A DNA stretch of 64,000 nucleotides from Maridesulfovibrio sp. (GCF_963676065.1 NZ_OY780933.1:2332122-2396121); one strand, 5' to 3'; shown: positions 49,382-60,586, numbered from the stretch's first letter. Made by a program: numbers and translations. The notes: generated from the sequence alone by a model not told the origin.

Positions 49382-51094
49382 ATGTCTGTAGGAATTTTAG
49401 CCCTTGTTGCACTCATTCCGATTGCACTGGCCCTTATCCTGATGGTCGGCCTTCGCTGGCCTGCTACTAAAGCTATGCCCGTTTCATGGCTTTCTGCTGT
49501 TGTCGGCGCAATTGCCGTATGGAACCTGCCCGCAGGTTACGTTGCAGCTCTTACTGTCCACGGTTTTATTACCGCTATCGGCGTCCTGATCATTGTATTC
49601 GGGGCCATTATCATTCTTTACACACTGCAATATTCCGGCGGTATGGAAACCATCCAGTATGGCTTCCAGAATATCAGCCGTGACCGTCGCGTACAGGTTA
49701 TGATCATCGGTTTCCTGTTTGCCGCATTTATTGAAGGTGCAGCAGGTTTCGGTACTCCCGCAGCTCTTGCAGCTCCGCTGCTCTTGAGCCTTGGGTTCCC
49801 CCCCTTATGCGCAGTCGTAATGTGTCTGGTTTTCAACTCCTTCCCTGTAACCTTCGGTGCTGTTGGTACTCCGGTTATCCTCGGTATGAAATACCTGACA
49901 ACTTATGTTGATCAGGCTGTTGCTGCAGCTGTACCCGGCCTGAACTTCCACTCCATGGAAGCTTTCAACGCAGTAGTAGGTCAGTGGTCCACCGTAATGC
50001 ACGTTCCCATGATTTACATCCTGCCCCTTTTCATGCTCGGCTTCATGACCCGTTTCTTCGGTCAGAACAAGAGCTGGTCTGAAGGTCTGGGCGCATGGAA
50101 ATTCTCTCTTTTCTCTTCTACTGCATTCACCATTCCTTACCTCTTCACAGCATGGTTTGTTGGACCCGAGTTCCCCTCTCTGATCGGTGGTCTCGTTGGT
50201 CTCGGAGTGGCTGTACTCGGTGCTAAAAACGGTTTCTGCGTTCCCGAGAAAACTTGGGATTTCGGCGCACCTTCTACTTGGGATGCTGAGTGGACTGGTT
50301 CCGTTTCCGCTGAAAACACCGGTGAATTCAAAGCTCACATGAGTCAGCTTAAAGCATGGACTCCTTACATTCTTATCGGTCTCATTCTCGTTGTTACCCG
50401 TATTCCTGACCTCGGCCTCAAAGGTATGCTGGCCGGTGTTGCAATTCCTTTCAAGAACATCCTTGGTTATGGAAGCGTAAATAACGCTATCAAAATCCTG
50501 TACCTCCCCGGTACCATTCCTTTCGCACTGGTTGCAGTCCTGACCATTTTCATCCACGGAATGCCTGGTGATAAAGCTGCAGCAGCTTGGAAAGAAGCTA
50601 TTGTTAAAATGAAGAACCCCACAATCGCGCTGTTCTTCTCCGTAGCACTGGTATCCATCTTCCGCGGTTCCGGTATCGCTGACGCTGCTCTTAACCCCAA
50701 CGGTTACATGTCCATGCCTCTGGCACTGGCTGAAGCTGTTTCCGGTATCGCCGGTCAGACCTGGCCCATGTTCGCATCCTTTGTTGGTGGACTCGGTTCC
50801 TTCATCACCGGTTCCAACACTGTTTCCGACCTGCTCTTCGCTGAATTCCAGTGGGGCGTAGCTGCACAGCTCGAACTGCCCCGTCAGATCATCGTATCTG
50901 CACAGGCTGTTGGTGGTGCAATGGGTAACATGATTTGTATCCACAACATCGTTGCAGCATGCGCAGTTGTCGGCCTCTCCGGTATGGAAGGTCAGATCCT
51001 CAAGCGTACTGTATGGCCTTTCCTCCTTTACGGTGCTGTTGTAGGTGTTATCGCCTGCGTACTTTCCTTTGTAATGTACCCCGGCCTGTTCTAA
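49382..51094 (+). CDS. lctP: L-lactate permease (LctP family)
   Basis: 570-aa polytopic protein with [11 protein letters not shown] and ITGSNTVSD. Confidence 0.9.
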   Translation: MSVGILALVALIPIALALILMVGLRWPATKAMPVSWLSAVVGAIAVWNLPAGYVAALTVHGFITAIGVLIIVFGAIIILYTLQYSGGMETIQYGFQNISRDRRVQVMIIGFLFAAFIEGAAGFGTPAALAAPLLLSLGFPPLCAVVMCLVFNSFPVTFGAVGTPVILGMKYLTTYVDQAVAAAVPGLNFHSMEAFNAVVGQWSTVMHVPMIYILPLFMLGFMTRFFGQNKSWSEGLGAWKFSLFSSTAFTIPYLFTAWFVGPEFPSLIGGLVGLGVAVLGAKNGFCVPEKTWDFGAPSTWDAEWTGSVSAENTGEFKAHMSQLKAWTPYILIGLILVVTRIPDLGLKGMLAGVAIPFKNILGYGSVNNAIKILYLPGTIPFALVAVLTIFIHGMPGDKAAAAWKEAIVKMKNPTIALFFSVALVSIFRGSGIADAALNPNGYMSMPLALAEAVSGIAGQTWPMFASFVGGLGSFITGSNTVSDLLFAEFQWGVAAQLELPRQIIVSAQAVGGAMGNMICIHNIVAACAVVGLSGMEGQILKRTVWPFLLYGAVVGVIACVLSFVMYPGLF

Positions 51095-51107
51095 TTAAAT
51101 ACGTCCC

Positions 51108-51137
51108 CTCAGGGCCGGAGACGTCTCCGGCCCTGAG
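51108..51137 (+). other. Intercistronic perfect palindrome / stem-loop
   Basis: ctcagggccggagac|gtctccggccctgag (15-bp arms). Confidence 0.7.
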
Positions 51138-51197
51138 AGTTTAATTAGTTCGGATTTATATAAATGATTGTTTTTTAGATTCAGGAGCAAAAAAAAC

Positions 51198-52583
51198 ATG
51201 TCCAACGCTAAATTAGCAAAAGACTTTGAGAAAATTGTAGGTGCTGGAAATGTCATGCACGAAGAAGCTGACCTCCACTCTTACTCTTATGATTCCGCAG
51301 TACTCGATCCCCAGGTACCTGCACTCGTAATTAAACCTACCACTACTGAGCAGCTTGGCCCCGTAACTGCTCTCTGTAACGAACATGGCCTGCCTATGAC
51401 CGTTCGCGGCGCAGGAACCAACCTTTCCGGCGGAACCATTCCCCATCCCGGCGGTGTTGTTGTCCTGACCAACGGCCTTAATAAAATCCTCGAAATCAAC
51501 GAGCAGGACCTCTATGCAGTTGTTGAACCCGGCGTTGTTACCGCTCAGTTCGCAGCTCAGGTTGCTTCTAAAGGACTTTTCTATCCCCCGGATCCGGGTT
51601 CCCAGGCTGTTTCCACAATCGGTGGTAACGTTGCCGAGAACGCTGGCGGACTCCGTGGACTCAAATACGGTGTTACCAAAGATTACGTCATGGGTATGGA
51701 TTTCTATGATGTAAACGGTGACCTGATTAAATCCGGCTCCCGCACTGTTAAATGTGTAACCGGTTACAACCTTGCCGGTCTTATGGTCGCATCCGAAGGA
51801 ACTCTGGGAGTATTTTCCAACATCATTCTCAAGCTCGTTCCGCCGCCAAAGGCTTCCAAGGCAATGATGGCTGTGTTCCCCGATGTACATAAAGCATCTG
51901 AAACCGTTGCTTCCATCATCGCGAACCACATTGTTCCCTGTACTCTTGAATTTCTCGATAATTCCACCATTCGTTACGTGGAAGATTTCACCAAAGCCGG
52001 CCTGCCCACTGATGCCGGTGCTATCCTGCTCATCGAAGTTGACGGCCATCAGGCTGAAGTCATCGAAGATGCTGAAAAAGTTGTTAACATATGCAAAAAA
52101 TGCGGTGCTAACGAAGTTAAAATGGCGGAAACAGCTGAAGAGCGTGAAGCTCTCTGGACTGCACGTCGTAACGCTCTGCCTGCTCTTGCTCGTGCGAAAC
52201 CGACTACCGTTCTCGAAGACGCAACTGTTCCGCGTTCCCAGATACCTGCAATGATGGACGGTCTGGAAAGAATCGCTGAGAAATACAAAATCGACATCGG
52301 AACCTTCGGTCACGCCGGTGATGGTAACCTTCATCCCACCATCCTCTGCGATAACCGTAACAAGGAAGAGTTCCACCGTGTAGAAGAAGCAGTTAACGAA
52401 ATCTTCGATGTCGCTCTTTCCCTTAAGGGAACACTTTCCGGTGAACACGGTATAGGCATGGCTAAATCCAAATGGATGGAAAAAGAAACTTCCAGAGCTA
52501 CCCTTGATTACTCCTTGAAAATGAAAAGAGCTATTGATCCGAAAGGCATCCTGAACCCCACCAAGATAATCGGAGAAGTTTAG
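51198..52583 (+). CDS. glcD: FAD-linked oxidase, GlcD-type (D-lactate dehydrogenase subunit)
   Basis: ATG at 51198 follows an AGGAG RBS. FAD-binding RGAGTNLSGG. C-terminal GEHGIG. Confidence 0.9.
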   Translation: MSNAKLAKDFEKIVGAGNVMHEEADLHSYSYDSAVLDPQVPALVIKPTTTEQLGPVTALCNEHGLPMTVRGAGTNLSGGTIPHPGGVVVLTNGLNKILEINEQDLYAVVEPGVVTAQFAAQVASKGLFYPPDPGSQAVSTIGGNVAENAGGLRGLKYGVTKDYVMGMDFYDVNGDLIKSGSRTVKCVTGYNLAGLMVASEGTLGVFSNIILKLVPPPKASKAMMAVFPDVHKASETVASIIANHIVPCTLEFLDNSTIRYVEDFTKAGLPTDAGAILLIEVDGHQAEVIEDAEKVVNICKKCGANEVKMAETAEEREALWTARRNALPALARAKPTTVLEDATVPRSQIPAMMDGLERIAEKYKIDIGTFGHAGDGNLHPTILCDNRNKEEFHRVEEAVNEIFDVALSLKGTLSGEHGIGMAKSKWMEKETSRATLDYSLKMKRAIDPKGILNPTKIIGEV

Positions 52584-52584
52584 G

Positions 52585-53880
52585 ATGGAAGATCTCAAGC
52601 AATTAGCTCAAAATCTTATGGAGCTGGACGACCAGATGGTCGCCTGTATGAAGTGCGGTATGTGTCAGGCTGTTTGTCCTGTTTTTGCCGAAACCATGCA
52701 GGAAGCTGACGTTACCCGTGGTAAGATTGCTCTTCTGGAGAAGCTTGCCCACGAATTGGTCAAAGATGCTGATCAGGTTAACGAAAAGCTTAACAGGTGT
52801 CTGCTTTGCGGTTCCTGTGCTGCCAATTGTCCTTCCGGCGTAAAAATTATGGACATCTTCATGAAGGCTCGTGTGATCGTTACCACTTATAAGGGACTTT
52901 CACCTGCTAAGAAGATGATTTTCAAGGGACTGCTCACCCGTCCTAAACTGTTTAACGCTCTCACCGAGATGAGTGCGAAGTTCCAGGGCCCGTTTGCAAA
53001 GATCGCCGACCAGGCCTCCGGCGCTGCAAGCTGTGCCATGCTGAACCCGCTGCTCGGAGAACGTCACTTTATGCCTCTGGCTAAAAAGCCTTTCCGCAAG
53101 GATTATCCCGAACTGGATACTCCCCGCGGTAAAAGCGGTCTTAAAGTGGCTTTCTACCCCGGCTGCGTTGTGGACAAAATGTTCCCGCATGTCGGTCACG
53201 CGGCAATTAAGATTCTCGAACACCACGGAGTGGGAATCTTCCTGCCCAAGGGACAGGCCTGCTGTGGTATCCCGACACTGGCTTCCGGTGATGCAGATAC
53301 CATGGTTGCTCTCATGAAACAGAACATCAAAGCCTTTGAAGACGGCGATTACGATTATCTGGTGACTCCCTGCGCAACCTGCACAGCCACACTTCATGAA
53401 ACATGGCCTAAAATGATTGATAATGAAGATCCTATTTTCATTGAAAAAGTTAAGGATCTTGCAGCTAAGACTATGGACATTAACGCATTCCTCGTTGATA
53501 TCGTGGGCGTTAAGGCTCCTGCGGAACCCAAGAAAGGCGGAAAGGTCGTCACCTACCACGACCCCTGTCACCTCTCTAAGTCTCTTGGTGTTACCGCACA
53601 GCCCCGTACCTTGCTGAAAATGAATGAGAATGTTGAATTCAAGGAAATGAATGAAGCTAACCGTTGCTGCGGCTGCGGTGGTTCTTTCAACCTTTATCAC
53701 TACGACCTCTCTAAGAGCATCGGTGAGCGTAAGGCGGGTAACGTCCGCGACGTCGGTGCCCAGATTGCTGCAACCGGTTGTCCTGCATGTATGATGCAGC
53801 TCGGTGACATGCTTTCCCAGTCAGGTGGTGGAGTAGAGGTAAAACATGTCCTTGAAATCTACGCCGAATCCCTGAAGTAG
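52585..53880 (+). CDS. Fe-S oxidoreductase partner (GlpC/HdrD-like; 2x[4Fe-4S] + two CCG domains)
   Basis: CMKCGMCQAVCP, CLLCGSCAANCP, CCGIP, CCGCGGSF. Confidence 0.85.
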   Translation: MEDLKQLAQNLMELDDQMVACMKCGMCQAVCPVFAETMQEADVTRGKIALLEKLAHELVKDADQVNEKLNRCLLCGSCAANCPSGVKIMDIFMKARVIVTTYKGLSPAKKMIFKGLLTRPKLFNALTEMSAKFQGPFAKIADQASGAASCAMLNPLLGERHFMPLAKKPFRKDYPELDTPRGKSGLKVAFYPGCVVDKMFPHVGHAAIKILEHHGVGIFLPKGQACCGIPTLASGDADTMVALMKQNIKAFEDGDYDYLVTPCATCTATLHETWPKMIDNEDPIFIEKVKDLAAKTMDINAFLVDIVGVKAPAEPKKGGKVVTYHDPCHLSKSLGVTAQPRTLLKMNENVEFKEMNEANRCCGCGGSFNLYHYDLSKSIGERKAGNVRDVGAQIAATGCPACMMQLGDMLSQSGGGVEVKHVLEIYAESLK

Positions 53881-53886
53881 TATACG

Positions 53887-53922
53887 AAAGTAGTCCAGAA
53901 TGATTTCATTCTGGACTACTTT
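53887..53922 (+). other. Strong intercistronic stem-loop (no U-tract)
   Basis: 17-nt perfect arms aaagtagtccagaatga/tcattctggactacttt, at the start of the 207-nt gap before pta. Confidence 0.7.
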
Positions 53923-54087
53923 ACAGAAAAACGTTCAAATAGGGATTGGCTGGAAGCAAATTTCAGGGTTTGTAGGATCGTCTGTAGTCAGATCCGGCCC
54001 AAGATTAACTAAATGAAATAGTGTGGACTCTTCAAATGCGGCTCTGAAGGTTCCAGTCGTTCACGCTTTACACAGGAGATAATCCCA

Positions 54088-56205
54088 GTGTCAAAAAACC
54101 TTTACATCACTGCCACTGAAGAGAAGAGCGGTAAATCTGCAATAGCTCTGGGCGTGATGCAACTGTTGCTGAGAGACCTGCAGCATGTCGCCATCTTTCG
54201 CCCCATCATCAACGATAACCAGACAGGCTCACGTGATCACGATATCAATCTGATCATGGAATATTTCAATCTGGATATCAATTATGAAGACACCTATGCT
54301 TATACTCTGAAGGAAGCAAGGGAACTGATCAACAGCGGCAAACATTCACTGCTGCTTGAGAACATTCTCAATAAGTACAGCTTGCTTGAAGAAAAGTATG
54401 ATTTCGTGCTTTGCGAAGGAACCGACTTTCAGGGTAAAGATCAGAACTTTGAGTTCGATATCAACGCTGAAATTGCCGCTAACCTCAGCTGTCCCGTTCT
54501 TCTTGTTGCCAACGGAAGAGGCAAAACAGCTGACGACATCATTGCATCCACACAGCTGGTAATTGATGCACTCGAAGACAAGGGTGTAGATACCGTTGCC
54601 GCGATCATCAACAGACTGACCGCTACTGACGAAGAGAAGAAAGAAATCCTCTCCAGTCTCACCTGCAACACAAGGTGTACCCAGGAACTTCTCGTTTACG
54701 GTATCGATGAAAATGAATCTCTGGGCAATCCCAGCATGAACGATGTCCGCAAATGGCTGAACGGTTCTGTCTTATATGGTCATGGAAGACTTGATACCCT
54801 CGTTGATGACTATGTCATCGCAGCGATGCGTATCGGCAACTTCCTTGAGTACATTGAAGACGGCAGCCTGATTATTACTCCCGGTGACCGCTCCGATATC
54901 ATCCTGAGCTCACTTGCATCCCGTCTTTCAAGCTCTTTCCCGGATATTTCCGGTATCCTGCTTACCGGCGGACTTCAGCCCAGCGCAAGCGTACATCGTC
55001 TGATCGAAGGTTGGACCGGTGTTCCTACTCCTATTCTTTCCGTCTCCACCAACACTTACCGTACCACCCAGCTGCTGAGCGAACTGTACGGAAGAATTGA
55101 TCCCGACGATCAGCGCAAGACAGCTTCCGCTCTGGGAACATTTGAAGCAAACGTTAAAGCTGACGAACTCAGACATCGTCTCGTTTCCAGAAAGTCCGAC
55201 AAAGTTACTCCCAAAATGTTCGAGTACAAACTGGTCCAGAAGGCTAAAGCCAACAAGCAGACTATCGTTCTGCCTGAAGGTACCGGTGAAAGAGTACTGC
55301 GCGCAGCAGATATCTTAACTCGTCGCGGCGTTGCAGATATCGTTCTGCTCGGTAAGGCTGACGAAGTGGCTGGTAAGATTTCCCAGCTTGGTCTTGAAAT
55401 GAGCAATGTGCGAATTCTCGATCCCGAGTCCGCACCTCAGTTCGACGATTATTGCGAAACATATTTCAAGCTTCGTGAGCACAAGGGAATCCGTATGTCA
55501 GACGCCCGTGACCGCATGCTTGATCCTACCTACTTCGCATCCATGATGGTCCATAAGGGTGATGCAGACGGAATGGTTTCCGGTTCTGTTACCACTACTG
55601 CCCAGACCATCCGTCCCGCTTTCGAGTTTATCAAAACAAAGCCCGACGCTTCCATCGTATCCAGTGTCTTCCTGATGTGTCTCAAAGACAAAGTACTGGT
55701 TTTCGGTGACTGCGCAGTTAACCCGAACCCCAATGCAGAACAGCTGGCCGAGATCGCACTGAACTCCGCTCAGACTGCAAAGATCTTCGGTGTTGAACCC
55801 CGTGTGGCTCTGATGTCTTACTCCACCGGTCAGTCCGGTAAGGGCGCCGATGTCGAGAAGGTTAAAGAAGCAGTTAAAATAGCCAAGGAACGTAATCCTG
55901 AGCTTAAGCTCGAAGGCCCCCTGCAGTACGATGCTGCAATTGATCCTTCTGTAGCAAAAACCAAGCTTCCTGACAGTGAAGTTGCCGGACAGGCTACTGT
56001 ATTTATTTTCCCCGACCTGAACACAGGTAACAACACCTACAAGGCTGTACAGCGCTCCGCAGAGCAGTCCGTGGCAATCGGCCCCGTTCTTCAGGGTCTG
56101 AATAAACCCGTAAACGACCTTTCAAGAGGTTGTACTGTTCCGGATATCGTTAACACTGTTGCAATCACTGCAGTTCAGGCAGCAGCCGAAAAAGGACTTA
56201 TTTAA
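54088..56205 (+). CDS. pta: Phosphate acetyltransferase (long form with N-terminal CobQ/DRTGG-like region)
   Basis: GTG start. 705 aa. C-terminal PTA_PTB motifs SGSVTTTAQTIRPAF and ANPN. Confidence 0.9.
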   Translation: MSKNLYITATEEKSGKSAIALGVMQLLLRDLQHVAIFRPIINDNQTGSRDHDINLIMEYFNLDINYEDTYAYTLKEARELINSGKHSLLLENILNKYSLLEEKYDFVLCEGTDFQGKDQNFEFDINAEIAANLSCPVLLVANGRGKTADDIIASTQLVIDALEDKGVDTVAAIINRLTATDEEKKEILSSLTCNTRCTQELLVYGIDENESLGNPSMNDVRKWLNGSVLYGHGRLDTLVDDYVIAAMRIGNFLEYIEDGSLIITPGDRSDIILSSLASRLSSSFPDISGILLTGGLQPSASVHRLIEGWTGVPTPILSVSTNTYRTTQLLSELYGRIDPDDQRKTASALGTFEANVKADELRHRLVSRKSDKVTPKMFEYKLVQKAKANKQTIVLPEGTGERVLRAADILTRRGVADIVLLGKADEVAGKISQLGLEMSNVRILDPESAPQFDDYCETYFKLREHKGIRMSDARDRMLDPTYFASMMVHKGDADGMVSGSVTTTAQTIRPAFEFIKTKPDASIVSSVFLMCLKDKVLVFGDCAVNPNPNAEQLAEIALNSAQTAKIFGVEPRVALMSYSTGQSGKGADVEKVKEAVKIAKERNPELKLEGPLQYDAAIDPSVAKTKLPDSEVAGQATVFIFPDLNTGNNTYKAVQRSAEQSVAIGPVLQGLNKPVNDLSRGCTVPDIVNTVAITAVQAAAEKGLI

Positions 56206-57395
56206 TGAAAGTATTAGTAATTAACGCTGGTAGCTCCTCTATCAAATACCAGCTTCTGGACATGGCTTCCGGTAACGATCTCGCTTCCGGTATTGTAGAA
56301 CGTATCGGTGAAGCGATGGGCAGCATCTCTTACAAGACCACTGAGAAATATACCGCAGAACAGCCTTTCCCCACACATCGCGAAGGTATGGTTGAAGTCA
56401 TCAACCTGCTTACCGATGACGAGAAGGGTGTTGTTAAAGACAAAGCCGAAATCGCAGCTATCGGTCATCGTATCGTTCATGGCGGCGAGCTCTTCTTCAA
56501 ACCTGTTGAAGTCGATGAAAAAGTTCTGCAGGGCATCAGGGACTGCATCCCTCTCGCACCTCTGCACAACCCCGGTCACGTTATCGGCATTGAAACCGCT
56601 ATGGAACTGTTCCCCGGCGTAAGACAGGTTGTCGTATTCGACACTTCTTTTCACCAGACCATGGAACCCAAAGCATACATGTACGGTGTTCCTTACGAAT
56701 ATTATGAAAAATGGGGCCTCAGAAGATACGGCGCTCACGGAACTTCTCATAAATACGTTGCCCGTGAAACAGCTAAACTTCTGGGCAAACCTCTTGAAGA
56801 GTCCAACATCATCACCGTTCACCTCGGCAATGGAGCTTCCATTTCCGCAGTCAAGAACGGTAAATGTTACGATACTTCCATGGGTTTGACCCCTCTCGGC
56901 GGCATCATCATGGGTACCCGTTGCGGTGATATCGACCCCGCTATTGTGGGCTTCATTGCTGAAAGAACCAAGCAGAGTGCAGCTGAAGTTGTAGCGACCC
57001 TTACTAACGAAAGCGGTCTGAAAGGTATCTGCGGTTCCAACGACCTGCGTGATATCCACGCCCGTATCGAAGAAGGCGACGAAAAAGCTAAGCTGGCTCT
57101 TGATATGGCCTGCCACCGTGTTCGCCAGTTTATAGGTGCTTACGCATTTGAACTGGGCCGGGTAGATGCTATCGTATTTACCGCTGGTATCGGTGAAAAT
57201 GATGAAGTTTATCGTGCTAACTGCCTCTCCGGCCTCGAAAACTTCGGCATCACCATCAATAAAGAAAAGAACGAAAACTGGGATAGAACTCCCTCTTTCA
57301 TCAGTGAAGATGACGGCGAAGTTAAAGTTGCCATCATCGCAACAAATGAAGAGCTTGAAATAGCAAATGATACCGTAGCAGTTCTCGGACTGTAA
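56205..57395 (+). CDS. ackA: Acetate kinase
   Basis: VLVINAGSSSIKYQL, GHRIVHGG, HLGNGASI. TAATG overlap with pta. Confidence 0.95.
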   Translation: MKVLVINAGSSSIKYQLLDMASGNDLASGIVERIGEAMGSISYKTTEKYTAEQPFPTHREGMVEVINLLTDDEKGVVKDKAEIAAIGHRIVHGGELFFKPVEVDEKVLQGIRDCIPLAPLHNPGHVIGIETAMELFPGVRQVVVFDTSFHQTMEPKAYMYGVPYEYYEKWGLRRYGAHGTSHKYVARETAKLLGKPLEESNIITVHLGNGASISAVKNGKCYDTSMGLTPLGGIIMGTRCGDIDPAIVGFIAERTKQSAAEVVATLTNESGLKGICGSNDLRDIHARIEEGDEKAKLALDMACHRVRQFIGAYAFELGRVDAIVFTAGIGENDEVYRANCLSGLENFGITINKEKNENWDRTPSFISEDDGEVKVAIIATNEELEIANDTVAVLGL

Positions 57396-57411
57396 AAAGT
57401 ATATATAGAAA

Positions 57412-57447
57412 AACCGGGATGAAGTTTTGGAAGGCTTCATCCCGGTT
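57412..57447 (+). other. Stem-loop between ackA and lutC
   Basis: 13-bp arms aaccgggatgaag/cttcatcccggtt, followed by an A-run rather than a U-tract. Confidence 0.6.
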
Positions 57448-57611
57448 AAAAATGGACAGGCCTCTTTTAGAAGAATTGCCTGAAGGAAACGGTCCGTAAC
57501 AGCCTTGAAGGAAGGGCTGGATCGCCAGTCTTGTGGAAGGGATACGGCGACATTACGGAAATATTAACGGAAGATGTAATTATAACATCGTCCATCGTAT
57601 TTGGGGGAAAA

Positions 57612-58235
57612 ATGACAGCTAAATCTGAAAGTGTAAAGCTTTTTACCGATAAAGCTGAGCTTGCATCCGCTGTAGTTACAGAGATTTCTTCTCTGGATGA
57701 AGCTTATAAGTACACAATGGATCTCTGCGGAAAAAAAGAAGCCTGTAAATTGCTCGTATCCGGTTGTGAGCAGAATCTTTCAAACGAAGCTGAAAAGCTT
57801 TGTGCAACGAAAACCGGTAAAACTCTTGCAGCTCCCGCGCTTACAAAGAAAGAATTTGCAACGCTGGATAAGCAGTGTGAAGAAAACGGATTTTCTCTGA
57901 TCAAAGACAGCGTTCGTAATCATCTCGGCGGCATTGATATTGCTTTTTCTTATGCTGACCGCGGCATTGCCGAGACCGGAACTATTGTACTCAACTGTCC
58001 CAGTGAAGAATTGAGATTGGCCACCATGGTCAGTGAATTTCATGTGGCTGTTCTGCCCAAGTCCAAGATTGTGGCAAACTCTTATGATCTCGAATCATGG
58101 ATGGAAGGCAATATGATGAAAGGCAACTACACAGCATTCATCACCGGACCCAGCCGTACAGCTGACATCGAGCGCGTTCTTGCAATCGGTGTACACGGTC
58201 CCCTTGAACTTCATATTCTTCTTTTGGAGGACTAA
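57612..58235 (+). CDS. lutC: LutC-like lactate-utilisation protein (LUD domain)
   Basis: ATG at 57612; the ORF track starts at 57531. GIAETGTIVL motif. Confidence 0.75.
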   Translation: MTAKSESVKLFTDKAELASAVVTEISSLDEAYKYTMDLCGKKEACKLLVSGCEQNLSNEAEKLCATKTGKTLAAPALTKKEFATLDKQCEENGFSLIKDSVRNHLGGIDIAFSYADRGIAETGTIVLNCPSEELRLATMVSEFHVAVLPKSKIVANSYDLESWMEGNMMKGNYTAFITGPSRTADIERVLAIGVHGPLELHILLLED

Positions 58236-58237
58236 TC

Positions 58238-60397
58238 ATGCAGGACGCAAAAAATCTTAAAGAGTACAGAAAAGATATAAGAGAATCTCTCGATAATGAT
58301 TTTCTGAGAACAGCAATGGACAAATTTGCTGTTGCTTACCGCGGCAGTCGCGCCAATGCTTTCAAAGACATGGACGAAAAAGCTCTGATCCAGGAAATTG
58401 CTGATGCCAAAGATGCTTCAGCTGCCAGATTTGACGAACTTTACGCCCAGTTTAAGGAAGAGGCTGAAAAACGTGGTGCTGTTGTTCATCTTGCTAAGGA
58501 TGCGAAAGAAGCCAATGAAATTATTGGTCGTATCGCTGTAGAAGAGAACTGCAAGACCATCGTAAAATCCAAGTCTATGACCGCTGAAGAAACTCTGCTT
58601 AACCATCATCTTGAAGATGATCTGAACCTCAAAGTGGTTGAAACCGACCTCGGTGAGTGGATCATCCAGATGCGCCATGAAGGCCCCAGCCACATGGTTA
58701 TGCCGGCGATCCATCTTTCCCGCCATCAGGTTAGCGACCTTTTTTCAGAAGTAACAGGCCAGAAACAGGATGATGACATCCAGAAGCTTGTTAAGGTCGC
58801 ACGGCGTGAACTTCGTCAGCAATTTGTCCAAGCCGATATGGGTATTTCCGGCGGTAACTTTGCTATCGCTGAAACCGGTTCCATCGGTCTTGTTACCAAC
58901 GAAGGTAACGCCCGACTGGTTACCACACTGCCCAGAGTTCATGTAGCTCTCATGGGTCTTGATAAACTGACCCCCAAACTGCATGACGCTCTGCGCGTTC
59001 TGAAAGCACTGCCCCGTAATGCTACCGGGCAGGCAATCACCTCTTATGTTACCTGGGTCACCGGGTCCAACGAGTGTGCTGCGGCTGAGGATGACAGGAA
59101 GAAAGTGCACTTCGTGTTTTTGGACAATGGAAGACGCGCTCTCGCTAAGGACCCGGTGTTCTCTCAGGTTCATCGCTGCGTACGTTGCGGTGCCTGTGCT
59201 AACGTTTGTCCTGTCTATCGTATGGTCGGCGGCCACAAAATGGGCCATATTTATATCGGGGCTATCGGCCTCATCCTTACCTACTTTTATCACGGTACTG
59301 AAAAGGCCAAAAACCTTGTTCAAAACTGCATTAACTGTGGAGCATGTAAGGAAGTTTGCGCAGGTGGAATCGACCTGCCCGGTCTGATTAAAGATATTCA
59401 GGCCCGCATTCTGGAGGAAGAAGGACATCCCATGTACTCTTCCTTCCTGGCAAAAATGATGAAGAACAGAAAACTCTTCCACAAGTTCCTGCGCATCGCT
59501 AAGACCGCCCAGAAACCTGTGAAGGCCAAAGACGGCTTCATGCGTCATCTGCCCATGATTTTTGTTCCCGATCATGATTTCCGCGCACTGCCTACTGTTG
59601 CTGAAGTTCCTTTCCGCGATATGTGGGCCAAGGTTCAGCCTGCTAAGGTTGCTAACCCTAAACACAAAGTTGCTATCTTCTCCGGCTGCGTACAGGATTT
59701 TGTTTATCCTGAACAATCCGTTGCCACTGTTGAAAGCATGCGCGGCAAGGATGTTAATCTCGAATTCCCCATGGATCAGTCCTGTTGTGGCCTGCCCCTG
59801 CAGATGATGGGTGAAGTCACTGCTGCGAGAGATGTTGCCATCCAGAATATGGAAGCTTTTGAAGGTTCTGATTGTGAATACATCGTGACCATGTGTGCTT
59901 CCTGTGCATCTCACCTGAAACATAACTATGTGAAGATGCTTGGCAAAGATCCTCAGTACGCTGTTCGTGTACAGGAATTTGCAGACAAGGTAATCGATTA
60001 CAGCTCTTTTATGAACGATGTCCTCAAAGTGGAAGAAAGTGATTTTCTTGATTCCAAAGGTGATTCTGTCACCTATCATGCTCCTTGCCACCTCTGCCGT
60101 GGACTGGGTGTTAAATCCGCTCCCCGTGAACTGATGGCAAAAGCAGGACTTGATTACAAGGAAAGTGCTGAAGAAGAAGTATGTTGCGGTTTTGGCGGAA
60201 CTTACTCTGTTAAGTTTCCCAAGATTTCCGAGCAGCTGCTTGAAAAGAAAATTAACAATGCGAAAGAAAGCGGCGCGAATGTACTGCTTACCGACTGCCC
60301 CGGATGTGTAATGCAGATTCGTGGTGGTGCCAAGAAGCAGGGTGCTGATCTTGAAGTAAAGCACATTGCTGAATACATGGCAGAACGCAGAAAATAA
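58238..60397 (+). CDS. LutB-LutA fusion (LUD/DUF162 + 2x[4Fe-4S] + two CCG domains); L-lactate dehydrogenase Fe-S subunit
   Basis: GISGGNFAIAETGSIGLVTNEGNARL, CVRCGACANVCP, CINCGACKEVC, CCGLP, CCGFGGTY. Confidence 0.85.
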   Translation: MQDAKNLKEYRKDIRESLDNDFLRTAMDKFAVAYRGSRANAFKDMDEKALIQEIADAKDASAARFDELYAQFKEEAEKRGAVVHLAKDAKEANEIIGRIAVEENCKTIVKSKSMTAEETLLNHHLEDDLNLKVVETDLGEWIIQMRHEGPSHMVMPAIHLSRHQVSDLFSEVTGQKQDDDIQKLVKVARRELRQQFVQADMGISGGNFAIAETGSIGLVTNEGNARLVTTLPRVHVALMGLDKLTPKLHDALRVLKALPRNATGQAITSYVTWVTGSNECAAAEDDRKKVHFVFLDNGRRALAKDPVFSQVHRCVRCGACANVCPVYRMVGGHKMGHIYIGAIGLILTYFYHGTEKAKNLVQNCINCGACKEVCAGGIDLPGLIKDIQARILEEEGHPMYSSFLAKMMKNRKLFHKFLRIAKTAQKPVKAKDGFMRHLPMIFVPDHDFRALPTVAEVPFRDMWAKVQPAKVANPKHKVAIFSGCVQDFVYPEQSVATVESMRGKDVNLEFPMDQSCCGLPLQMMGEVTAARDVAIQNMEAFEGSDCEYIVTMCASCASHLKHNYVKMLGKDPQYAVRVQEFADKVIDYSSFMNDVLKVEESDFLDSKGDSVTYHAPCHLCRGLGVKSAPRELMAKAGLDYKESAEEEVCCGFGGTYSVKFPKISEQLLEKKINNAKESGANVLLTDCPGCVMQIRGGAKKQGADLEVKHIAEYMAERRK

Positions 60398-60410
60398 TAT
60401 AACACACGCT

Positions 60411-60448
60411 CACTGTCCGTGACTATGTTTGCCGGTCACGGACAGTGG
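60411..60448 (+). other. Stem-loop after the lut genes
   Basis: 13-bp arms cactgtccgtgac/gtcacggacagtg. Weak U-tract. Confidence 0.55.
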
Positions 60449-60530
60449 TTTAAGCTGCGGCATGTAATATGCCTCCAAATCCGGAACCTTCACCTCGCAA
60501 CTGAAAACACCGGTTACAGGCCGCACACTT

Positions 60531-60573
60531 AAGGCTTTTCCATTCGCTCGCCCGATGGAAAAGCCTTTTTTTT
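60531..60573 (+). terminator. Rho-independent terminator
   Basis: 13-bp stem aaggcttttccat/atggaaaagcctt plus a T8 run. Confidence 0.8.
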
Positions 60574-60586
60574 GAGCACGATATAT

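Noticed and set aside
49805-60364. Long minus-strand ORFs opposite lctP (379 aa), glcD (461 aa), the Fe-S gene (266 aa), ackA (408 aa) and lutBA (539 aa)
   Set aside because: They have the same codon-aligned mirror-frame explanation. The sense genes carry unambiguous family motifs.
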